20,000 bases of DNA, from the NCBI GenBank assembly GCA_000934665.2, contig KZ538077.1, positions 113,067 to 133,066 of the forward strand, given 5' to 3'. Of this stretch, positions 10,311 to 20,000 are shown piece by piece. Within the stretch, counting starts at the first letter, position 1. Every line of letters starts with the position of its first letter. Both the position numbers and the translations under genes were made by a program. This stretch comes from Catajapyx aquilonaris (lineage: Eukaryota). Below the pieces are notes generated by a model that was given only the letters and a program-made list of their open reading frames with translations, made no database searches and had not been told where the DNA came from.

Positions 10311-12356
10311 CAGGAAGAATATTGCGTCGTCTTGACGGGAGGCAACAACCCGGATTATTGACTGCACGTCAGCCTGTCCTGTCGAGTCAAGCAGTAATAC
10401 CAGCAGTCTATAGTCGAAAGGGGTCAAGCAGCGTCAGTCCCAATCAAAGTGACATGGAGGCATGCAACTCCTCGGTCCCGAAGAGCGGCCGATCAACGAG
10501 TCGGCGAATTAGCATCCCGCCCCGCCCTTGTTTTACAACATTGGGAGGCACGAAGGTGCTTCTTATTTTCCAGTGCCTCCAAGGGCTGTTTTCATGCCCG
10601 GTGGCCCGGCACAAGTGGAGCGGCGTTATTTCCCCGTCACGTTGACCTGTGCATCGCTTCCTCTCATCTTGGGGCGTGAGCTTTGTTGCCAGACACAGGG
10701 AGCAGGGGAGGGGGGTGCCCTTCAGTTGGATCACAAAGGGCCAGCCACCATTTGTAATGCTCTTGTTGCCATAAAAGGCCTTTCAACACAGCTGTACCAC
10801 CAAAGTATGACAGGAGAATGCCGCGCTCCCGCAAAGCGAGTTCACATCAACAATGCAGTTTTAATTCCAGCCCTGCCAGAATCACTAGATCAAAACCAGG
10901 GCCCTAGTAAGACTCTTGGCGTATGTGCACTCATGATCGTGGCCTATAACCTACTCGATCCCTGCACCCGTGCAAATATTCACTGGGAAGACCAGAAGAG
11001 TGTGCCCAAAAGTTTGGGCATATGAACCAAGGTGGCGACGTCAAGATGCATCTGCAGGTTCAAAAGGGTGCCGGTAAACAAGCCCATAAAAAAGTCCGGA
11101 AATATGTCACGTCACAAAGGACCGGCGTCCATTCCCTCGTATCCGTTATTCATCACATTTTTTTCCCTCCAGGCCCTGACATGGTCACCTTATACCTTTC
11201 CACAAGAGTACCCTTTTCGCCCGGCATCAAATGATCCTCCTTACCCGTGAGGCGCAGCAGTCCTTTTCCACACAAAAAAAATGCGCCATCATTGAAAGAC
11301 AGTGAAAGCAATGATGTGGTAGGTATTAGGGGCGTTAGGTATTTCATTTCACTGGTTGGAACTCGGGAGGAACTTCTCCAGAGCTCTGGAAGGGTGAGGG
11401 TGAGGGAATAGAGAGGGGGTGAGAGAGGGAGAGAAATCGCCAATATCGGAAAACATTTCGATCCGCCGCCGCTGTACACACTGACGGAAAGCTGCGCTCA
11501 TTAGGATTAATTAAAGGCGGTGTTCTGCGAGTAATTATCGGCCTACGAGTTCGGTAGCAGCGTTGTTATACATCAGCTCCCCACGTGTCAAAATGCCGCA
11601 ACGGCTTCAAAGATACCGCCGACGCCAGCCAAAGACTTGTTTAGCCAGATAACCCAGCCCTATACCTATCATAGTGTACTTCAATCTGCGGTTCTCCAGG
11701 CTCTAGGCATCATCACAAACCACACTTCAGGTAAATGTGGCAATTCCTCCATCGCCATCATTCGTTACCAACTAAGCAAACGATCATGGCTGATAGCCCA
11801 TTAAAAAATTCCTCCCTGTTCCCAAAAAGTGTATACTGTATATTGTCGCATTGGGCCAGCATATATGACTGGAGAGGGGGTGGAACGAGGATTCCTTTCG
11901 GCAGAGGGAGCAAATGGCGGGCTCAACCCAAACTTTACATGTACACGTCATTAGGCCGGGAACTAATTGCCAAAGCCAACCTGCTTACTCAACGTCCTCC
12001 CCACTCCGGTCCCACCCGCCTCCCCCCACGCTTGCCAGTCAAACTTTGAATTTCCTGCAAAGCCGACAGAATCGGGCAGGCAGTGCTTAATTGCGTAGAT
12101 TCGGAGATGCGCAGTGTGACAAGCCTACAAGTTGGGACAGTTCGCTCGCAAATTCAACTGGTTGCACTCTAAAGGAGCCGAATTCTCCCGCTCACCATCA
12201 AGGAAAGGGCTGGCTGCCGTTCGGGGAAAGGTCATGTGCACGGTACAGCATGTGGGGCAGTCGCAGAGACCAGAATCAGGTTTATCCTGAAGGGCAGGCC
12301 ACCCGCACCACGCAGGTTCTGGTCCCGTGCCCTCATTGTGCTGGCGACTGTACAGT

Positions 12357-12524
12357 GTACAATGCTGGCCATATATCGAGGCAACCCCCAGCGACATTTT
12401 TCCGAAGCGGCAGAAGAAGGAATCGAAGATAAGCATGCTACAAGCCGGGCGAGCAAGATTCCTTCTTCTGCCGCTTCGGAAAAATGTCGCTGGCGGTTGC
12501 CTCGATATATGGCCAGCACTGTAC
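12357..12524. mobile_element. Foldback / MITE-like element 2, Tc1/mariner-like ends
   Basis: Inverted arms 12357-12424 and 12457-12524 (66/68 complementary by hand) around a 32-nt spacer. Ends are TA-CAATG and CACTG-TA. It explains the mirror-image peptides MLAIYRGN...HFSEAAEEG seen on both strands of the ORF track. Confidence 0.8.
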
Positions 12525-13348
12525 TACGTCGTCACTTCTGTCATCTGACCAATGCCGAACTAGCATTGTGCAAAGTGTCAGTCGACCCACCTGATCAGGT
12601 TGTCAGGCCGACAAATGGGGTCTGGAGGCCACTATTTGCAGTGTCAGTCGTCAAGTACAGAATTTCCACCAATCGCCACTTTGCGTCAAATCTGTCATTG
12701 CATCCAATATGTCAGAGTAGTGGAAATTAATCGTGTCCAATTTGTGTCCTATTAGAGGTTTGCGAATGGTCTGTCTGTGCAATGAAGGACGCTTCTTATA
12801 TCATGAGGGCCTGGGTGACGTACTAGAATTCCAGTATTTCAATATACCGTAGCTTTGAGAACTTCTGTGGCACATGCGACTTGTCCCAACACTGCACGAA
12901 CAAAAGAAAGCGCCATTGCCTCCTTTGCCTTTGTGGACAGAAAGCACCTTGGCAATTCTGTTCCTACCCGCAAGTGCACATGACCTCCAACATACACGAG
13001 ACACTCTTCTGCCATTCCCTCTGACACAGGGAGCCACGCTTCAATTTGAATGGCAGCTGCATGAAATATCGAGCGCAAACCACGTCGAAACTGAACGCAG
13101 ACTCGACGGAAAAGTGGCATTATCTCCGGACCTGGCCTCTTGCAAAATAGCGGGGTGGAAATGCGCGAAACTGATGCAGGTAGGCGGCACCTGTGCTGCA
13201 CCACTCCCAAAAGATGATGTGAATTCCGATGCTGAAGACACCCAATATGCCGGATTGATACAACGATAATACCATAACAAAGATATTCTGCATGAGGTGT
13301 AAGATGTGGCAAACACTTGTAAAATGCGAAATCGATGTAATATATTAC

Positions 13349-13429
13349 CTGGATTCCCGAAGACGTGCCAATGCATGACCAGCTCTCTTTTGGCGCAGGT
13401 CTTTCTGGATGTTCCGCATAGCTTGGGCT
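13349..13429 (-). CDS. timeless: Timeless-family coding exon D, 81 nt, phase 2 to 2 (this frame is not in the ORF track)
   Basis: Acceptor gtgcttttcag and donor CAG|GTAATA. Encodes AQAMRNIQKDLRQKRAGHALARLRES(R), the same length and pattern as human [27 protein letters not shown]. Confidence 0.9.
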
Positions 13430-13910
13430 CTGAAAAGCACACCCCCCACAATAAATGTGCCGTGATTACAGACTTCCATCGCTTATTAATCACGCGCCCA
13501 GGGCCAGTAACGAATCAAATTAGTCAACATGTTAAGTAAACCATGTTTACACTCCCTTCTTTGCCTAATTTGCAACCCAGTAAATTTATAAGGGGATTTT
13601 TTTTCCAGCCTTCCTCCCGCCCCCATTCCCTTCCCGGCCGCATTTTTTTTTGTTTCTAACAAGAGAGAAGTGGGCATGAAATATGCACAGCATCCCAGGC
13701 GAGGCCTCCCCAAAGTTCTGGATACAGTTATCATTTGGAAGTGGCCATTAAAATTTCACGTAGTATAATTAATAATTAGCTCAGTATGAACTATTCATAG
13801 TTCGTGAGTAATGTATGGAATCTAGTGTACACAAAGAATGCCAAGGGAGCACTTGTGCTCCCAAGAAGTCTCGGAAAGACAGGAAAGAGTCAAGCATGCT
13901 ACAAACTCAC

Positions 13911-14034
13911 CGCTCTTCATCTGGCGTCGAGAGGTCGACGTTTTCCAACGGGTTAACGTATGGAACTTCCTCGGTTCCGTCAAAGTATGATGCCAAGAGC
14001 AATCTCACTTCACCGGCTAGCTCTTTCAGCTGGC
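13911..14034 (-). CDS. timeless: Timeless-family coding exon C, 124 nt, phase 1 to 2
   Basis: Acceptor gtcccaccgcag and donor GCG|GTGAGT. Phase fits exons B and D. Encodes (G)QLKELAGEVRLLLASYFDGTEEVPYVNPLENVDLSTPDEE(R), positionally equivalent to the human segment ending VVPFDAASEVPVEEQR but divergent. Confidence 0.85.
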
Positions 14035-17000
14035 CTGCGGTGGGACGGGCCGGATGGCGCTCCAATTTCGCTTCAAAATGATAAAATTCATTATTAGCTG
14101 CCAATGATTATAATTTTGAAGTCACTATTGTCGAAAAATGTCGATGGCGTAACAGACCACCCGGCTAGAGCAGGCTAGGTCAAGTACAGGGCGATGGGGC
14201 ACTAAAACTGTCACATTCACATCTAATCGCAATGAAACTACATTTGCATTTTCTAAATAGGTCAAATCACAGGGATAAGCTGAATGTAGGTCAGTTCCGG
14301 GTAACCTATTGTCACAAGCGGAATTCGGCAATATTTTCGGCCATAGTAGCCTGTCATCCATTTTGCCTGTTTCGACAGCTTGGTTACCAAATGACAATTC
14401 TGCGGCTCGGTGCACAAAATCTGCGCCCCTAGAGTATAAACATTCAAATCGTCATACGGGATGTTCTTTCCCCACCACCCGGACTCTGCTATATCATCTA
14501 TAACTCCTGCATGGTTCGGACCAACAAATTTTAAAACCAAACAACAAATCAACCATTATTATTAATGATGATTATGATCACGATAATAATGATTCTTCAT
14601 CAAATTTCACAACCTTTCACAAAGCCGCTTAATTACTTTCCGTTCGATATACGCCTGGCCCTGTCACGTTTTCAAACAGATTCCTTCCACCCTCAAAGGC
14701 GATATCTGAAGGAAAGCATGCAAATGAAACTAGTGACGATAACGTGACAGTGTTTAACAGGTCCCTTTCCCGTCCCTAAACTTGATGAATACAGCAGGCG
14801 TTTCTTGTGATAATCCATTCCTTAATTGAGAGGCTACAAAACGGCACACATGCTACTCTTGATTACATTTACGCAGGTTACGCGTGCCAAGGGGACTCTG
14901 AAGAAAATTAAGTGCGATAAGCCCAGGGAACAGCACAAGACTTTTCTGCACTTTTAAGTGGCAATCTGGACTTGATAAATCTTGGATTATCTTCCTTCCC
15001 AATTCCGGCCCTTAATGCCACAAAACGCCCAGACAGAAAACAAGGAGGCATGATGAGATTGAGAAACAGCTGGAGTGCCTAAGACCACTTCCAAAGCTTC
15101 ATTCCAATAACCTAAGGCCCCAGAAATTGATTTGAGGGCTGCAGCAGTTCGGTCTTCGTCATGGCCCCATCCTTTTAATCACCTCAGAATTTAGGGAAGG
15201 GGGAGAAAAAAGTGCGACAGGGCTTCATTACGGGGAGGGAAAAGAAGGAAAGATGAAACATGCCGCGGCCCAAAGAATTCAGGGCCATCAAAGTGCAAAT
15301 GATGACGGCAAGGAAATGGATGGATGCAAGCAAGGCTTTGAAGGCGACCCTGGTTCAAATCCGCGCTCAGTTTCGCCTGGATTGCCAACAAGGATGAGCT
15401 TTCAGACCCGCCTAGTCCGATAAATTCCTGCTCTCATGTGACTTCCAGCCTCCATTCGGATATACACAGGCCTCAGGGCTGGACTGCATCTTGGACTACT
15501 CTACTTAATGTTGATACAGTTCAGACAATCTTGTACGCATGATTCAAAATCATATGTTCAAGGTGATGTGAGTCGACTTAAAATCGTACCCTGCACCTCT
15601 GCAAAACTACAGAAATCGCACCGGTACGTACCGACATACTATAAAATCCTGCCGATATTGAACATTTTTCCCCCATCTCTTTCCTTCCTAGCCCTGAGGT
15701 AGAGCATACAAAAGAGAGGAGCTGACTCAAAGCGCCTGTGACCCAGCATGGTCCGTAGGCTTCACTTCTGCACTTGAATCGCAGCCAACAGAGGGACAAT
15801 ATTTGCCAGACTAATGAGAGATGTCCAAGGGCCAACTCGGACCTTCCGCTGCTCTAGACTTCCGTGGGACGTTGGCACTAACTTATGTGCGCCCTACGGT
15901 CTACTCAAATCACGGAGCAGTTATGTAATCACTTCTCCACCTTTGGCTGACAAACTTGCGCCCAAATGGTGCGTGCTGTGGCATAGAGACTATGTAAATG
16001 ATCTGGCAAGCATAAAGATGAGTCATTTCCACTACTAGGAGAGGTCTGCGGCGCTCTCAGAATTCGATTCTTTCTGGTTGGCCCCTCCCAAACTCCCCGG
16101 CGCCTCGTAAATATTGCTTCTTGGCCCGTTCAAAAGTGCCTATTTTCTGTGGGAAAAGTGGGGGATTTCTCTTTTCAAACTTCCCAACGCCTTACTTCAC
16201 GTCGGATCTGATAGCCAAGCCTTTCCGCTACACCCGGTGGTGAGTGGGCCATGCATCCCAAAATTTTCAGGCATCTTGCCATTCTATCCCAATCGCAAAA
16301 TGCTGACGATACAGTACGTTATATACACTCTCTGCCATATCAAATATCGACGCGTACCAATTACCCGGCGAGTATTGAGCGTAAACACAGAAATGGAACA
16401 AAGCATCCATGCCGATTCGTTATTGCAATTGCTACGCTACCATTATAGTTTAATGAAGGTAATTTCACAGTTGGGAGGTCCATAAAAAGCACGAGGGCTT
16501 CCATATCATGTGCAGATTTTTCGGGGTTTAACAAGCACGGGGAATGAATTATCGCATTTCACATGTGGGCTCCTATTGCATCATGACATATGCACTCTTA
16601 TCGCTTAGTTCCATCCGCAGCAAACAGTTTCGAACGTGAAAATTATGCTATCTGAAAAATTGTGGTGGGATCAAATATCTCTTACTTTTAATCCCTGCGT
16701 GCCATCTGGCAGTTGTGTTCACAGGTACTGTGAAAACTAATTATTGCGTGTAACGTGCCTGTACACAATGACCTGCTGCTACGGGCTACTGAAATGAACA
16801 CCGCGTTTACATTGCACTGAAAGTTTGCCTAGCTGTAGAAAAAAACGCCATACCTCACTCATTCTATGGGTAAAAACCCAGCACTCGTAGTCCAACAAAT
16901 TACAATACATAATGTTACAATAACGTGAATTAAAGATATTAGGCAATCCAATATGGCAGGATGTGGCATTGACACATCATAACACCATCATGTAATATAC

Positions 17001-17924
17001 CTAAATAAATCCCTAGTTCTATGGGTTACATTTTCATGCTGACCCGTTTCCCATACCGTAACAGGCATTACATCTAGATATTAATGAAGCACACAATTTA
17101 CGCTACTATTGTGGGCAACCACCAAACTCACACATGAAATTTAAATTCTCGTCAGTTTTTCAAGTCATCTATGCTAATGATTGCGCAAGATATAATAGCC
17201 CGTTAGCCTACAGAGAAATCTGCATACAGTGGAGTCGCTCTGCTCCGCAATATTTTTCCGTCGTTAACAAAGTTTCCGTTGTGTAGTGTAGTACGAAACT
17301 AACGGCCGGTTGTATGTATTAGGGCAGGTGAACCAATAAAAAGCACATTCCCGGCGGAAACCACCAGGATTCACTTATTCCATTATAATGCGGTCAGTAT
17401 TGACGCCAATAGTTATCTGCCAAAGGCCCTATAAATAACACGACACGCTCTCCTTCAATCCCACCCATGACAAAGGGCGTAAAAAACTAAGCATGCTAAA
17501 AACTCTCTTAGTGGAAGTTTCGGCCCTGCCCATCTGAACAGCAGATGATTCAGATGAATGTGTGTTGAACAGCAGCACAATGGACGCCCCGAACTGCAAT
17601 TCATTGTGGGGAGATGGGAGGTGGGCGACAATGGCTCTCTTAATGGCCACCCCAGATACGCCGCTCTGGGTGGAAAAAAAGGGAAAAAAATAAATCGATT
17701 GTCAGATGCCTTTTTGCATGTTTCCTTAGCGACTCTCGGTGCCCAACCTAATGGAACTCAGCTATTAAGTAGCACCTCCTTCCCACCCAGTTCGAAAACG
17801 TAACATCCACATCTATCTAGCGACCCACAGACAAATCCCCCACCCTTCTAGGAACAACAAAAAATAGGAGACGGAGGAAAATATAAGAATGGATTTCCTC
17901 TCTCTCTATTCCCTCAGGACTTAC

Positions 17925-18061
17925 CTTGCTTCTTTTTGTTGGAAGACTGCTTCTTGGCTTTTCTTTTCCGCTGTACCACGAGGTTTTTGTTTTTGGCCGA
18001 GAATTCTTCAAGCATCTTGAGGAAAAAATGCGTTGTCGTCAAAAGGTCCTTTAAGAACCCA
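17925..18061 (-). CDS. timeless: Timeless-family coding exon B, 137 nt, phase 2 to 1, with a basic NLS-like stretch
   Basis: Acceptor TACTAAC-poly(C)-ttctctccgcag and donor AAG|GTAAGT. In frame with exon A (CG|T = Arg). Encodes GFLKDLLTTTHFFLKMLEEFSAKNKNLVVQRKRKAKKQSSNKKKQ, resembling human [41 protein letters not shown]. Confidence 0.95.
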
Positions 18062-18085
18062 CTGCGGAGAGAAGGGGGGGGGGGG

Positions 18086-18092
18086 GTTAGTA
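18086..18092 (-). promoter_or_regulatory. Consensus branch-point sequence TACTAAC for the exon B acceptor
   Basis: Plus-strand GTTAGTA reads TACTAAC on the minus strand. The branch A is 26 nt upstream of exon B and is followed by a C-run and pyrimidine tract. Confidence 0.75.
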
Positions 18093-18335
18093 AGAAGAAT
18101 CCTGATCACAATACGTCTTCTTCCTGCCGACCCGAGAGACCACGCCCAGACGCTGAGAGCTTTCTGGCATCCGACAAATGAAACCATGTCGAGTAAGAGG
18201 TGCAATTACAGCCCGGTAATTAGTCAGCTCCACTACTTGCAAAGTCAGGAGACCGTGATTTCCTCCTGTGTTTTGCTAGTACAAAACAGCGACCTGTACA
18301 CTAGTAGCAAAAACACACGTTGAGAGGTTACTTAC

Positions 18336-18490
18336 CGGGACATTTTGGCTTCACTGAAGTTCTGGATTAAAAAAGGCAACATGTTGCGGTACTCCTCGAC
18401 GTAGAAGACATTGCTCTTGATAATGTGGGCGGCCTCCCTCACGTCGGTACTAGAGTCAATGTCCATCTTGTTCAGCGTGGAGAAAAACTC
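18336..18490 (-). CDS. timeless: Timeless-family (TIMELESS/timeout) internal coding exon A, 155 nt, phase 0 to 2
   Basis: Acceptor ccacccgcag (CAG 18493-18491) and donor GTAAGT (from 18335). Encodes EFFSTLNKMDIDSSTDVREAAHIIKSNVFYVEEYRNMLPFLIQNFSEAKMS(R), which aligns by eye with human TIMELESS as I recall it: [52 protein letters not shown]. Confidence 0.95.
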
Positions 18491-20000
18491 CTGCGGGTGG
18501 GGTGGCGGCGAACACAATAGGTCACTTTCAAGTATCAATCCCTCTTCAACAACCTCAGAAGTTTGTCATCATTGAATCTACCCCCTTTATACGAATTCAG
18601 CAGTGAAATTCTCAACAATGGCACCTGCGCTCAGTTTCAGTTACATTTGGTAGACCAACCCGCTCTTTAACATGGAAGTTTGCCATTAGGGGAAGAACTT
18701 CGGTCATTAGTTTATAGCCTCCGAGTACAACTGGGGTAGGTCTCTCATAATTCAAGCACCACCCCATACGGAACATACATTTTCAATAAGATAACAGGAA
18801 CGACCTAACTGCCACCGCTATGAAAGTCGCCCCAGAAAATATTTTCATCCACTATGAGCAGGCACCCCCCCCCCNACCCCCCCCCCCCCCCAGAAAAAAT
18901 TGAGAACTTGAGGGGAAAAAAGTACGTGGGGTGGACACATTTATTGGTCCATTCGGTGGTCATCAATCACATGTCATCTGACCGATGGGGAGAGGCGACG
19001 CGACGGTAGGGAAAAAGGAGCTCTTCTTTCCACTCTCCAGATGTGGGGATAACACACAGCTCAAGTTCAGCCTTGGCGCACTAACGTTCCACCAGATGAC
19101 AATAAAAATATAGTCCTCCCTCCTCCCTCTCCCCCTCATTATAGTTTTCCCAGCTTGGTCACCACTCCTGCTTGCCGGTCATCCTCGCGGGTACAATCAA
19201 GCCCATCTGGCTCCTTCCATAAATCAAATACCCGCGGATGGGGGCGGTACATTCGCTGGCACCGGCCTGTGCCCACCCGAACCGACATTTAAAAGTACCG
19301 AAAAAAAGTGACGATTGGTCCTATCCAACCGGTGCACTTGGCCCGATAATTATTCAATGATAGGTCGGACCTCCTGGACCGATCTGTTCCGCCCGAAGTT
19401 TTATAGCCATGAAAGACTCCAACCTCAGATCCAGCTTTAGTGCTCTCTGTACAAGACAGCACCTCTTTTAGATTCAGGGCTTCATTCTACTCCTGCCTAA
19501 CTCGGGATGAAAAGGAATAACACAAAAGTACGCCAGCTTCACTCCGCCCTTTTCACAAGCCAGCAAGAAATATACTCATATAGTTCAAATCTATAAGGCC
19601 ATTAAATTCCAATCTTGGATTTATTTTCTCTCTCTCCACTATATCGGACTGAACGTTATGAACAACTGCACCTAAGAAACTTAAATGCTGCGTATACATG
19701 TACTGTACACAATCCACGCTTTTCATATATGTCATGTGGAGGCAATTCAAGATTGTAACAGAATATGCTACGAATAAGGATTTAAAGGTGGATGTTCCAG
19801 CACGATACTGAAACGTGTACTGTACATGACTTTCATCAATGGGGTCCTAACCTTGGTCTGGGATTTTGGTAATTTGCACACGCATAGCTCAAGCATACAT
19901 ATAAACGTGCATTCCACCACTTTTCGGCACCAAAATGTCATTACTCGATAAATTATCGGGGGTTTAAAATTCACTCTGAAATTGGCGGGAGGGGGGGGGG

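Noticed and set aside
10280..11250. Dense cluster of 70-165 aa ORFs
   Set aside because: No recognisable domain, many non-ATG starts, and it lies in a GC-richer part of the intron.
11573..11716. Possible intronic C/D snoRNA on the minus strand (GTGATGA...CTGA)
   Set aside because: No terminal stem and no recognisable rRNA guide.
12091..12730. Overlapping ORFs with the same peptide on both strands
   Set aside because: They result from the 68-bp inverted repeat and show no protein-family signal.
12848..12950. KAKEAMALSFVRAVLGQVACATEVLKAT, superficially like the Timeless AEAMVRIQ segment
   Set aside because: The splice phases do not fit, and a better match with correct phases exists at 13429-13349.
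12431..13904. 13-nt direct repeat AAGCATGCTACAA (12431-12443 and 13892-13904), and 14-nt TCTGCCCGACTTCA (7318-7331 and 9049-9062)
   Set aside because: Matches of this length are expected by chance in 20 kb.
15352..15362. Perfect Pol III B box GGTTCAAATCC
   Set aside because: No convincing A box or cloverleaf upstream.
17640..17695. Strong minus-strand acceptor (long T tract, ccacccag) in the B-C intron
   Set aside because: The phase-1 frame stops after ERRIWGGH, and I found no good donor or nearby poly(A) signal.
1..20000. CRISPR array, operon or other prokaryotic or viral system
   Set aside because: No regularly spaced repeats and no long ORFs. The spliceosomal exon-intron structure indicates a eukaryotic nuclear gene.

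Overview
This is eukaryotic (most likely animal) genomic DNA and is almost entirely intronic. It holds the middle part of a Timeless-family gene (TIMELESS/timeout/tim2 type) on the minus strand. Five exons are well supported by GT-AG junctions, consistent splice phases and recalled similarity to human TIMELESS: 18490-18336, 18061-17925, 14034-13911, 13429-13349 and 10094-9997. A sixth 33-nt micro-exon at 9336-9304 is probable. The spliced translation is EFFSTLNKMDIDSSTDVREAAHIIKSNVFYVEEYRNMLPFLIQNFSEAKMSR/GFLKDLLTTTHFFLKMLEEFSAKNKNLVVQRKRKAKKQSSNKKKQ/GQLKELAGEVRLLLASYFDGTEEVPYVNPLENVDLSTPDEER/AQAMRNIQKDLRQKRAGHALARLRESR/VMWPEDDCFGAPGITPEEEKLALEEIFFADLP/(GIIVRGYSSPG). The gene appears to run off both ends of the window. 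The introns contain two unrelated ~160-bp near-perfect foldback (MITE-like) elements with TA-CA(G/A)T...ACTG-TA ends, a short retroposon-like insert with a 14-bp direct repeat and (AAAT)n tail, a decayed tRNA-like SINE head and an (AAT)28 microsatellite. The most intriguing signal is a perfect 15-nt complementarity, 6.5 kb apart, between the sequence just after the phase-1 donor at 17924 and the pyrimidine tract of an unannotated 141-nt exon-like segment (11385-11245) that is open in phase 1. Most entries in the ORF track are spurious. I see no prokaryotic-type system such as CRISPR or an operon.
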